From Macrostomum hystrix (taxonomy: Eukaryota; Animalia; Platyhelminthes): DNA of 64,000 nucleotides. Below the pieces are notes generated by a model. It saw only the letters and a list, made by a program, of their open reading frames with translations. It was not told the DNA's origin and made no database searches. How positions within the stretch are numbered: position 1 is the stretch's first letter; every line of letters starts with the position of its first letter. This document shows positions 25,401-36,000 of this stretch, piece by piece. The stretch spans positions 13,144,001 through 13,208,000 of the forward strand of contig CATNEN010000007.1 of assembly GCA_950097015.1 (NCBI GenBank), in the 5' to 3' direction. The position numbers and the translations under genes are program-made.

Positions 25401-28400
25401 AGAGTGAAGCTAACTCATCCCACAATGAGTAGTGTGAAGCTTACTCACCTGGCAATGAGTAGTGTACAGCTTACTCTCCTGGAAACTAGTAGTGTACAGC
25501 TTACTCTCCTGGAAACTAGTAGTGTACAGCTTACTCTCCTGGAAACTAGCAGTGTACAGCTTACTCTCCTGGAAACTAGTAGTGTACAGCTTACTCTCCT
25601 GGAAACTAGTAGTGTACAGCTTACTCTCCTGGAAACTAGTAGTGTACAGCTTACTCTCCTGGAAACTATTAGTGTACAGCTTACTCTCCTGGCAATGAGC
25701 AGTGTACAGTTTACTAACCTGGCAATGAGCAGCGTATATTCCTGACTGAGGCCAGACAGCAGAGGGGTGGCAGCGGCAGTGGCAGTCGCTGCGGAGTTGC
25801 AGGAGGCTTCAGTCGGCTGCAGCAGGCCAGCTGGCAAGAAGGAGGAAGGGAGTGAGTGAGAAGACTCAAGCAAAGTCCAAAACGGTTACGGTACCATCAA
25901 ACTTCGCTTCTAGGCACATGGATGTCTATATCAGGAGGGGAAATAGCAAACTGGAACTGAAAAATTGCTCAGCAAATGCCTAATATCTTAAGTACCACTA
26001 GAAATCGGACCTGGGAATTTTCGATATTTTTTTCCATAGCCCGAAAAAAAACCTCGACTAGCAGCATGGGTGGCCCAGCTGTGACAGTTCGCAGCCACAG
26101 CGAGGATCGCTAGGCTGTGGTGGACATCTGGATTCGATGCAGTGAGATCTTGTGGCATGCAAGAAATGAACTGAATAATATTGAACTGATTGTGCAATAC
26201 AGCTACGAGCGAAAGATGCTAGGACTGAGTACATTGAGTGGAACAATTTTCAGCTATGAAAAACGGTTGCTGGATGATTTCCTAGAAACGAGTGAGTGGC
26301 GGACTGAAGCAATGCGCTCTGGTGACAGAAGCCCTTAGATTGGTATCGTTGAGAGGAACCTCGGTAATATCTTCTGGTAAAGCATTTTAATACTGGCTGG
26401 ACGAAGGAAACCGTTGAATGATTCTGGCTGGGTGATGGAAACCGTTGAATGATTCTGGCTGGGTGATGGAAACCGTTGAATGATTCTGGCTGGGGGATGG
26501 AAACCGTTGAATGATTCTGGCTGGGGGATGGAAACCGTTGAATGATTCTGGCTGGGGAGGGAAACCGTTGAATGATTCTGGCTGGGTGATGGAAACCGTT
26601 GAATGATTCTGGCTGGGTGATGGAAACCGTTGAATGATTCTGGCTGGGGAGGGAAACCGTTGAATGATTCTGGCTGGGGAGGGAAACCGTTGAATGATTC
26701 TGGCTGGGGAGGGAAACCGTTGAATGATTCTGGCTGTTATGTAAGAAGTCAAGGCGAGTGTGTGCGAGCTACGAAACGCTTAAAGCCAGCGATGGGCAGA
26801 GAGCCGATAAATATATTATTGTTTAGTCAAGTGCAGTGAGCAATGTACATTGTACGCGTCAATGGGGGACTGGGGGGCAGGTGCACTGAGAGAGAAAGAG
26901 AAAGACTGCACATCGGCTAGCCAGCAACGATCATTACACAACACCTCCTTACATTGAAAAGTACGAATATAATAGCACGAAAATAGTAGAACGAATATAG
27001 TAGCACGAATGGAGTCGCATGAAAACAGTTGAATGGGGAAAAATAAAAACATAGAAATATTTTACGATCATATGGAACAATACAATATTAATGTTGAAAA
27101 TTATCATTTTAGACCGCTTTTTAAATCGCACGCTTGAGCAGCAAAGACAACACATCAACTTCTGCCATACCTCCTTTCACCAAAATTATAGGAACTTAAA
27201 AAGAGCTTCCAGTTCATTTAAATTCAGTCAACAGTCAGTTTTCACTCAAAAGTTCACCACGAGGCCTGGTACCTCTGCGGCTGATGGACAAGCCGACCTC
27301 GCTTGGTCCGGAACCCAGAGTCGTCCGAGCTTGAGCACGGTTGCACAGATGCCGGCTGCTCAGCTGGCTGCACTCGCTCTGCAGGCTGCTCTGTCGCGGG
27401 TTGCACGGCCGGTTCCACGGCCGGTTGCACGGGTGCCTGCTGGTCGTCCGCCTCCGACAGATTGACATCCTCATCAGCCACTGCCACTGGGTAGCTTTCA
27501 TGGAATGGCACGCCGATCTCACGTGGCCTGATAAACCGCCGGTTGCGCCTGAGCAGCTGGCCCGACTCCGTGCGAAGCCAGTACGACCGCGGGCTGCCGT
27601 CCACCTCGCTGTCGACCTCGGCAGCCACCCAGTTCCGACGATCGCACTGAAGCCAGACTGGCTCGCCGACCTCCAAGCGTCGAAGTGCGCGCGCACCGCG
27701 GTTGTAGAGCTGAGCTGCCCGGGTCCGCTCCTTCTGGAATGCTTCGATGCTGGCATGCACGTAGGTCTCCCGAGGCCGCAGATCTTGCACCGTTGTCGGC
27801 AGGTCGCACCGCAGTTTCCGGCCAAACGCCATTTCCGCCGGGCTGGGGAAGCCGCTGCCGACCGGCGTGTTGCGATAGTGCAAAAGGGCCAGTGCCAGGC
27901 TCTGTCCAGTCTCCTGGCACTTCTTCATCATATTCTTGGCAGTCTGCACATATCGCTCTGCTTTGCCGTTGGACTGCGGGTAGGCCGGACTCGATGTCCG
28001 GTGCTCCACTTGAAATCTGGTCATGAACTGACGGAACTCTCCTGCGGTGAACTGCGGCCCGTTGTCACTGATGAGCTTCTCTGGCACTCCAAAGTTCTGG
28101 AAATGGTCTTGGAGCACCCGAACTACTGCCAGGCTTGTTGTCGACCGCAGGCGGGTGATGCTCATCCAGTGGCTGTAGGCGTCTACTTACACCAGGTGCG
28201 CAGCGCCACGGAACTCGAACAAGTCGGTCGAGCAGACTTGGAACGGAAACTTGGGCATTTCAACGATCATCAAAGTCTCCTTTGACTGGGCCTTCATGTT
28301 ACGCTGGCAGGCCTCGCACTGGCTGACAGTTCGCTCGATGCAGGTGCGCATTCCTGGCCAGTAAAAATAATCTTTGGCTTTCAGGTCCATCTTGACGATT

Positions 28401-31400
28401 CCAGGGTGTCCAGCGTGCAAAATTCTTAGGATCGAGCTTCTGGCGCTGCCAGCTGGCACGTAGATGCGGTCCTTCAGGCACAGGAGTCCTGAGACGAAAG
28501 TCAGATCATGGCGAAGATCCCAAAATACTTTCAAATCGTCAGGTAGTCGGTTTCGATGCTCGGGCCATCCGGCTTGAATGACCTCCTGCAGACGCTGGCT
28601 CGTCTGGTCTGCAGCCGTGGCCTTCTTGATCATTGTCAGAATCTCGCGGTCTCCACTGAAGCATCGCTCCACAGCTAGCACTTGTCCGTCCAAAGCTTCC
28701 TCCAGCAGAAGCGTCAGGCTGTCCGTCTTTCCGTGAGCTCGGCTTAGCGTGTCTGCGACGTACAGCTCCTTTCCTGGTGTGTACTTCACACGAATGTCGT
28801 AGGGCTGCAGCTGCAGCAGCAAGCGCTGGATGCGCGGCGTGGTGTCACAGAGCTGCTTCTTTAAGATGGACTCCAGTGGCTTATGGTCACTCTGGAGATT
28901 GACAGTGCGGCCCGAGAGGTAGCGGTGAAATTTCTTGCAGCCGCTGCTGAGCTTTAGTCATGGCTGATGAAGCGAACTCAACCGGACGGTCCTCTTGGAG
29001 TAGCACAGCACCGATGCCGCTCTTGCTGGCATCCACAGACACGGTGACTGGCTTGCTGACGTCAAATGTGGCCAAAACCCTGTTAGAACACAGCTCCGTG
29101 ATGATCGAGTCGTACGCCTCGTCGTGCTGATGCGTCCAGCTCCAAATGACGTCTTTCTTGAGCAGGTGTCTAAGCGGCTCTGCAGTAGCGGAAAGATGAG
29201 GACAAAACTTGGCCAGGTACGTCACACAGCCGAGAAATCGCCTTAGCTGCTCCTTCTTCGAAGTGAGACCTACAACATCATTCGGCCGGATCATTTCTTT
29301 GATGGCTTTGACCTTCATTGGATCTGCTCGCAACCCTTCCGAGCTGAGCACATCGCCTAGGTAGTTGAGCTCTTGGACACCGACTCGCATCTTCTGTGGG
29401 TTCAGTGTCACCTTGGCACGCTTGCACTGCTCCAGGAGCTCTCGCACAGCTTGGTCGTGCTCCTCGTCTGTTCTTCCCCACACGATGATGTCGTCAAAGA
29501 AGTTCTTAGAGTTTCTCACGTTGTTTGCCATAACAGGGCTTGCGACGCCATGTTATGTTAGAAGTCAAGGCGAGTGTGTGCGAGCTACGAAACGCTTAAA
29601 GCCAGCGATGGGCAGAGAGCCGATATATATATTATTGTTTAGTCAAGTGCAGTGAGCAATGTACATTGTACGCGTCAATGGGGGACTGGGGGGCAGGTGC
29701 ACTGAGAGAGAAAGAGAAAGACTGCACATCGGCTAGCCAGCAACGATCATTACACAACACTGGCTGGGTGATGGAAACCGTTGAATGATTCTGGCTGGGT
29801 GATGGAAACCGTTGAATAATTATGGCTGGGTGATGGAAACCGTTAAATGATACTAGCTGGGTGATGGAAACCGTTAAATGATACTAGCTGGGTGATGGAA
29901 ACCGTTGAATGATTCTGGCTGGGTGATAGAAACCTTTGAATGATTCTGGCTGGGTGATGGAAACCGTTGAATAATTCTGGCTGGGTGATGGAAACCGTTG
30001 AATAATTCTGGCTGGGTGATGGAAACCGTTGAATGATTCTGGCTGGGTAAGGGGAAGACACGATTATCATAGTGCGTAAGAGAAGTGTTGAAGTTTCTTT
30101 TTAGACAGTCGAAGAGAGAGTTTGAGAACAATGAAGCGAGGCATAAGGGTGTGGCCTGGAAAATCACCTTTGCACTCACCGTTGTAATCCCTTACCACCT
30201 GCGAGCAACCAGCCTCTTCGAGCCAATGGCAGATTGCGGCCGCCTCTGCAGCAGTTGATAATGGAGGGTCGGAATTAAATGTTGTTTAATTCAAGATATC
30301 CGTACAATCTGTCTACTGTAAGTAGCCATGAAGAACTTTAAATTGGAGTACATGAAAAATGAATGTTGCTTTTGGATATTAAATGCAATCCAAAAGCAAC
30401 GAAACATCAGAAATGCTTATTCATGAAACGAGCGAGTAAGTACATCGCCGTATTTCGGCGTGGCCTGAAACCAAAATGCTAGCTATCAAAAAACGGCGCC
30501 TGAGACGTTGCCCAACGAAGAAGGGACATTAAACATGGGAAGTGGTAAAAAGTTTCCTATAATGAGAAGCGGAGGAGGGTTGAATAAAAAACTGCATTAC
30601 AAAATACCTAAAAACGTTTTAAAAGGCGCGCATTACACACTGGACACTCTGCATTAAGCCGACAGAACGTTGCCCAGAACTTTAAAGCACATAGAGTGGG
30701 CTTCGTAGTTCTCTTACCAATCAGGTACTTGCAAACTGCGGCCTCCGGCACCTCTGCAAATCTGCTTCGTTTCCACGATTTCCGCTCAATCGAGCCACTG
30801 GAGAGCGAGTCATCTGACTCCTCCGACTGGTCAGGGGCTTCAAAAATGCAGTGGAAGCCCGCCTCAAGCAGCACCTGGCTGAAGCGTGGGTTCCTGGCCG
30901 GAGAGGTGCCGCTGGGCAGGACCAGGCTTCGCCGCTTGGGCTGCACTTCTGCTGTGGGAGGATTGCTGCTGGCCGGAGGCGGGCCGCTGGGCAGGACCAG
31001 GCTTCGCCGCTTGGGCTGCATTTCTGCTGTGGGAGGATTGCTGCTGGCCGGAGAGGTGCCGCTAGGCAGGAGCAGGCTTCGCCATTTGGGCTGCATTTCT
31101 GCTGTGGGAGGATTGCTGCTGGCCGGAGAGGTGCCGCTAGGCAGGACCAGGCTTCGCCACTTGGACTATTTTATTTTGTAGTAGGCTTGGAGCAGAAGCA
31201 GAAAATGCAAGAGCAGAAGCAGAAGCAGAAAACGCGAAAAGAAAGAACACAGCCACAGGCTGGCCAATGAAAGCGTCGCGAGTGTGTTGGAGACTGCACT
31301 AAGGCGGGGGCTTTTAGTTTGAATAGTTTAGGTATGAAGAAGTGTGGGTGTATTAACCTCACCCAGCAGTATTTGTTTTACTCGGCAGCGGTTGCTCGCG

Positions 31401-31538
31401 CTCAACTGTGCTGAGTGACAGGCTGAGGCGTCTAGGAGAGGGGTGGGGTGGAGCTCCAAGCGAGACAATGCAAGTGGGGCTTGAGAATATTGGGACAGAA
31501 GAGTTGAAGGCAGGGACTGGCAGCATCCGGCCACTCAT
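9503..31538 (-). CDS. DLC1: DLC1/STARD13/STARD8 (crossveinless-c) family SAM-RhoGAP-START protein, ~1270 aa
   Basis: Proposed exons: 31538-31363, 31136-30718, 30245-30180, 25830-25719, 23787-23532, 18546-17799, 14661-14538, 14174-14149, 13468-13243, 11669-11397, 11294-10601, 10442-10132, 9884-9503. All are GT-AG and phase-consistent. Family motifs: SAM EAAAICHWLEEAG, RERRDSG, FRWSSF..SHRPS, SWFLPKFLRR, VFGVPL, GIFRRTG (arginine finger), NLAVCLAPSLF, START ending SRVDLRGHSLEWYNRTWGH. The first two exons and the 14.1-14.7 kb exons are less certain. The symbol denotes the family. Confidence 0.88.
9972..10125. repeat. Degenerate ~34-bp tandem repeat starting directly after a splice donor
   Basis: CAATGCTCCCGACAGTCCCAATATTACCGATTGTCA-like units x~4. 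Confidence 0.75.
10601..11294 (-). CDS. DLC1: RhoGAP-domain exon of the DLC-family gene
   Basis: VFGVPL, GIFRRTG, DLADLVKIYLRELPE, LLPDENREVL, MNASNLAVCLAPSLF. Confidence 0.95.
11733..13238. repeat. Intronic 16/17-bp minisatellite with higher-order variant patterns
   Basis: CTAGCACCAGCTACTC and variants (CTAGCATTAGCTATTTC, CTAGCAACAGCCACTC); degenerates towards the donor at 13242. Confidence 0.95.
13653..14128. repeat. Intronic 41-bp minisatellite (~11.5 copies)
   Basis: CACTAATGCCATCAGTCCAACCAGCCACTCTTTACACTGAG. Confidence 0.96.
15027..15630. repeat. Intronic 60-bp minisatellite (~10 copies)
   Basis: CTGGCTGACCCAGTGACACAGTGACGGCCTCTGGCAGGTTTGGCAAAGCCTCTGATCTCA. Confidence 0.96.
16985..17472. 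repeat. Intronic 51-bp minisatellite (~9.5 copies)
   Basis: TTCCAGGAACCTGACCAGTCTGTATCCATCAGAAATGAGCTGGCCTGATGC. Confidence 0.96.
17543..17765. repeat. Intronic 61-bp tandem repeat (~3.7 copies)
   Basis: ACACTCACAGAGCTGGAAGGAAAGCAGACCCGGCATTCGCAAAGCATTGCATCTCAATGCC. Confidence 0.93.
19501..20205. repeat. Intronic 60-bp minisatellite (~12 copies)
   Basis: AGAGGCTGTTGATGCAAGCTCAAAAGTGGAGGGCACTCGGCAAAGCAGGACATCCAGTCC, with a variant recurring every third unit in part of the array. Confidence 0.96.
20496..21171. repeat. Intronic 52-bp minisatellite (13 copies)
   Basis: ACTACAGCTTGCAGATAGGGC(T/A)CGAATAGTGCAACAAACTGCGGGCAGGCTG. Confidence 0.96.
22240..22697. repeat. Intronic 21-bp minisatellite
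   Basis: GGGAAGTGAGAAGCTATATTA x~21. Confidence 0.95.
23806..24137. repeat. 32-bp minisatellite abutting a splice acceptor
   Basis: GCTGTGAGGATTACTCAAGTTGGGAATCGGAT with internal 11-bp duplications. Confidence 0.92.
24561..24791. repeat. 82-bp tandem repeat (~2.8 copies)
   Basis: TTTGCCTCAC(A/C)ACAGTCAGCAGGCTG(A/G)CAAAGTCCCGAGTCTGTAGTAGACTG... at 24561, 24643 and 24725. Confidence 0.92.
25384..25736. repeat. 30-bp minisatellite built from an exon 3' end plus splice donor
   Basis: Unit TTACTCTCCTGGAAACTAGTAGTGTACAGC. The terminal copy is the proposed junction CTCATTGCCAG|GTTAGT at 25719/25718. Confidence 0.93.
26735..29759 (-). mobile_element. Internally deleted Ty3/Gypsy LTR retrotransposon (Mag-like organisation), non-autonomous
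   Basis: 209-bp TG..CA LTRs at 26735-26943 and 29551-29759 with 2 mismatches; 5-bp TSD CTGGC; PBS TGGCGTCGC after the 5' LTR; PPT AAGGAGG before the 3' LTR; RT-RNaseH-IN domain order. Confidence 0.95.
27254..29531 (-). pseudogene. pol: Disrupted pol (RT C-terminal part, RNase H, integrase)
   Basis: FFDD RT motif; VDASKSGIGAVL and SDHKPL RNase H; LHAGHPG..CEAC zinc finger; STDLF, SDNGPQF, PQSNGKAER DDE core. Frameshifting deletion at ~28940 and in-frame TAA at 28187-28189. gag, protease and RT N-terminus are absent. Confidence 0.93.
30180..30245 (-). CDS. DLC1: SAM-domain first exon of the DLC-family gene
   Basis: cag|AG GCG GCC GCA ATC TGC CAT TGG CTC...AAC G|gtgagt = EAAAICHWLEEAGCSQVVRDYN, resembling DLC-family EAKEACDWLRAxGFPQY. 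Confidence 0.82.
30894..31163. repeat. 75-bp tandem repeat (~3.6 copies), probably coding in the DLC gene's second exon
   Basis: 25-aa unit PSGTSPASSNPPTAEMQPKRRSLVL on the minus strand, open into unique sequence ending at donor ATT G|gtaaga (30718). Confidence 0.85.
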
Positions 31539-31723
31539 GGCGCTTGGACTGGCGCTTGAGTGATTAATTGGCTGTGCAGCTGCAGTCTAGGGGGCTGTGC
31601 GGCCTGCGACTCTAAGCTGACTTGGAAAGTCAGCTTGAAAACGACAGATCCGCACCTGATGAGCTAGGCTTGTTGTGCATGACATGCTATCGCTTACTTC
31701 AATAATGCCTGCTGCATGCAGGA

Positions 31724-31996
31724 ACCACTGGGGTGTTCCAAAAGTCCTTTCCCCTTTGAACATAGCTCCTGCTCTACTGCTCCGATTTTAGTGCGTTTTT
31801 CGTAACTTGGCAACTAAACTATGAGCTCAGAATTTTTGTCAAAAATTTATTATTTCCATAATACATTAGAAAAATGCTCCAATTAAAAAACTTTTGAGCT
31901 AGATTTCATCTTTTTGTAGTCGAAAAGCGCACTCAAATTGGAGCAGCATAGCAAGAGCATGTTCAAAAGGGAAAGGACTTTTGGAAGACCCCTCGT
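31724..31996. mobile_element. Tc1/mariner-type MITE (~270 bp)
   Basis: ~72-bp imperfect terminal inverted repeats GGGGTGTTCCAAAAGTCCTTTCCCCTTTGAACAT.. / ..ATGTTCAAAAGGGAAAGGACTTTTGGAAGACCCCTCG-TA. The right end reads TA-CGAGGGGT on the minus strand. Confidence 0.8.
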
Positions 31997-33035
31997 ACAT
32001 ATTGTACCAAACCGCTGCGATATCTATATGACAAAAGTAGTGAAAACAAATACTTTTTACATTTGTTCACCACCGCAGCCAAGTTTGGGTGAACCAAGAC
32101 TGGAAAATGTCCACGACCTCGTGAAGGAATAATTTAGGTCCTTATTTGACTAGGGAATGTATGTAAGTAATGCAAGGGCGTGATGTCTCAAGCCACACAA
32201 TACAATTGGTTTGTAAAAATGCCACTTCTTTTTATGTAATCAGCACGATAAAAATTTAATTTACGCCACGAGTCCTGTCCAATTTAAGACAGGATTTGAG
32301 AGCAATGATGGACATAAAAATGATTTAAATGTTTTCTCCTTTCTATTAAAATACTCATACGAGTACAAGCGTGTAAGTATTAATGCATTGTCTAAGTAAT
32401 TTTAACGTCATTGTTTTTATTTTATTATTCTCACAAACGCAGAAATTTCAAACGAAAATGTGCAGTTTCATGAAATTATAGGATTTCTCATCGGAATTAG
32501 GTGCGTTCTCGATACTAAAAAGCTTATGTATTTTAACAGTTGCTGCCGATCATTCTGCCTAATAAATTTAGTTTAAAGAAGTCCAAAGAACATGTCTGCA
32601 AAGTAAATATTTGTTACGAGCATTATTGGGAGCAAGTGCAGGCTCATATATTTCGTGACGTTCGCATCGCGCAAGAAGCTTGGGAATTACTAATCGCATT
32701 AGAAATGGAATTGATTTACTACAATTAAATCACAAAAATTACTCATTTACTGACTATTGGGGACAATCGTATGCGTGCTAAACAAGCGGACCATCCAAAT
32801 GACCAGTGTACAAAAATGAGCATCTTGGCCCAGTGCGAATATAATTCGCGAGAAGATGCTGACGTGTGGGGTTAAGCAAAGGGTCATTGGATAGTATATT
32901 ATAACGCAATATGCTTTGCGTATATTAATCTACGAAATCTGAGCTAAGACCCATCGAGATGCTCTGCAAGCTGGTGATATACTTAAATAAAGTTGTATTT
33001 CTCGGTTGATGGGACGTTGCTTGTCAGACTGCGGC

Positions 33036-36000
33036 TTATTTGGCCCCGTAGGCGGAGGGTGGCCTAGCGGCGGACCGGCCATAGCCTGCTGGCGACTGAA
33101 GCGACACCGAGGCGAACTGCGGCTCGCCTGTCAGCGTCAATGGCTTCCAACTGACCCCAGGGCAGTACGTCAGCGGCAGCTGCTCCTGGCATTGCTGATG
33201 CTGCTCTTCCTCTAAGATGCAGTTGCAGAGTGGAGAGCGGGATCGCAGACCAGCCGAGGGAGCCGCAGTTGAGGAAGCCGATGCAAAGGCCAGGCTCGCA
33301 TAGCGTGAGTTGTGATCGATAGAGGAGGCACCGACTGCGGTTGGAAAAGCGCGGGAAAAAGAATGCAAAAATAGAAATTTACGAGTAGAAGCGTGGGCAA
33401 GAAAATGCGACAGACAGCACTGACATACATGAACTAATAGGGGCCTTTTAAGTGCATCTCTGACTCCATTCTTGTGGCGCCGTTTAAACTATGTTTAACT
33501 ATGTTAACTATGTTCTATGTAATTAAACAATGTTCATGATCGTTAACCATATCTGCGGTACTGTACGTGTATGCTAAACTAATGTACTTATAGTTTGTAG
33601 CGTCCACGTGCGGCACGTTACTCTGGTTTGTTGCTCTATATATACATCATATTGTGGGCGGCACGTTGCCGCCAGGCATGTTCAATAATAATATAAAGGG
33701 CAGAGTGACCATCAGCTAAATTTGAGTTTTTCGGCTGAGCTATCTCCTAAAACAAGAGTTCACTTCGTTACAAACGGCACGACAATTCTTAACTTTCCTT
33801 CTGTACTCTGCTAGCCTATCGCAACCTCCTGTTGTTCCCAGAAAGTATCTTGCAATCATAAAATTTAAACTTTCAGTAGTACTCAAACAAGGATAATTTC
33901 GTGGTCACACAGAATCAATGATAATTTGGTTGTCATGAAAGCTCAAGGATAATTTGGTGGTCATGGAGGATCAAGGATAATTTGGTGGTCTTGAAAGATC
34001 AAGAATAATTTGGTGGTCATGGAGGATCAAGGATAATTTGGTGGTCATGGAGGATCAAGGATTTATTGTGGTCATGGAGGATCAAGGATTTATTGTGGTC
34101 ATGGAGGATCAAGGATTTATTGTGGTCATGGAGGATCAAGGATTTATTGTGGTCATGGAGGATCAAGGATTTATTGTGGTCATGGAGGATCAAGGATTTA
34201 TTGTGGTCATGGAGGATCAAGGATTAATTGTGGTCATGGAGCATCAAGGATTAATTGTGGTCATGGAGCATCAAGGATTAATTGTGGTCATGGAGGATCA
34301 AGGATTAATTGTGGTCATGGAGGATCAAGGATTTATTGTGGTCATGGAGGATCAAGGATTTATTGTGGTCATGGAGGATCAAGGATTTATTGTGGTCATG
34401 GAGGATCAAGGATTAATTGTGGCCATGGAGGATCAAGGATTTATTGTGGTCATGGAGGATCAAGGATTTATTGTGGTCATGGAGGATCAAAGATTTATTG
34501 TGGTCATGGAGGATCAAGGATTTATTGTGGTCATGGAGGATCAAGGATTTATTGTGGTCATGGAGGATCAAGGATTTATTGTGGTCATGGAGGATCAAGG
34601 ATTTATTGTGGTCATGGAGGATCAAGGATTTATTGTGGTCATGGAGGATCAAGGATTTATTGTGGTCATGGAGGATCAAGGATTTATTGTGGTCATGGAG
34701 GATCAAGGATTTATTGTGGTCATGGAGGATCAAGGATTTATTGTGGTCATGGAGGATCAAGGATTTATTGTGGTCATGGAGGATCAAGGATTTATTGTGG
34801 TCATGGAGGATCAAGGATTTATTGTGGTCATGGAGGATCAAGGATTTATTGTGGTCATGGAGGATCAAGGATTTATTGTGGTCATGGAGGATCAAGGATT
34901 TATTGTGGTCATGGAGGATCAAGGATTTATTGTGGTCATGGAGGATCAAGGATTTATTGTGGTCATGGAGGATCAAGGACAATTTGGTGGTCTCACAGAA
35001 TCAATTAATATTTGGTGGTCATGGGAGATCAAGAATTATTTTGCTTGTGGTTGTTGACGGACAATTAAATTACTCACGCCGGTAGTCATTGTGCATCATT
35101 TCCTCCTCGCTGGCTCCGTGGCCAGAGTCAGCGGAGCCAACATCGTAGTCTCTATGCAGAAAAATACAAGAGTTGTGGGACCCGAGGTGCTGTGAGTAGC
35201 TGTCGCCTCCGTTGTGGAGCTGGAATAAGAGAATGGGAGATTGACTTGTGAGGGGTTGTGTGGTGCTACTGGATAGCGCCAAGATTATCATTCTTTGCTC
35301 TCCAATATCATAGACATCAGACCCCATAGTCCCGGGCACCTTTGCACTTAATCTGCAGGCCAGTGAGTGCATTTCTTCGGGATCGAAGATAGCCCAGTTA
35401 GCCCAGCTGCAATTTCATTCCCCAGAGAGCTGCCACCTCCCGTGAGAATCAAGCAGATCTGCACTGCGGGAATCCATAAGCGGCAGCCGTCATCCCTCCC
35501 TCACCGCCTGCGGTCTCGACGTATCACCTGGCCTCCAGTGGCTGCATCCGGAAAGCCGAGACAATGAAGCTGCGAAAGAGTGCCGGGCAGGTAATTCACT
35601 AGAGCTGAATTTTCTGAGACGTGTGGGCCAATTAGCGCGGCAAAAGTCGGTCAGCTTTTTCCCCTCACCACCCTCTCTGCAGGGCATGTGAATGCCAGCC
35701 TCAACTGAGCAATTAGCCCCGCCAGCTGCGAGAGAAACAGGTGAGAAGCAAGGAGCCACAGTGGCATCGTCTTCAATGCCCGAAAATGCCAGGGATGGGC
35801 GCAAGACAAGGGGCTCTCAATTCCCTTTAACTTCTCGTACAACATTTTGAAATTCTTGCCAACTCGGCTGACTCCCTAATTATGCAGGCAGCCTGCGGCA
35901 ATAAAAGTACTTCATAGCACCTGGTCTTCAGTGGACGAAATCAGTCCTGTAGCTCAGCTTGACAAGCTGCAATTAAGTGAGATTGACTGAGCTTCATATT

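Larger units (their letters stand above)
26392..30047. repeat. 30/31-bp minisatellite (26392-26734 and 29760-30047) split by an LTR retrotransposon
   Basis: GAAACCGTTGAATGATTCTGGCTGGGTGATG on both sides of the element. Confidence 0.95.

Noticed and set aside
27235-28285. Plus-strand 314-aa and alternative-frame ORFs over the integrase
   Set aside because: Shadow ORFs of GC-rich pol coding sequence.
30365-30400. 13-bp inverted repeat hairpin (also small hairpins at ~8990-9020 and 63947-63974)
   Set aside because: Short, with no convincing TSD or family features; compatible with chance or local template switching.
31650-31690. CTGATGA hammerhead-like core (also near 57975; CTGACG near 60925)
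   Set aside because: No correctly placed stem II plus GAAA and no closing helices.
34038-35085. 339-aa (VVMEDQGFI)n and related ORFs
   Set aside because: Translation of a 27-bp intronic minisatellite, open in multiple frames.
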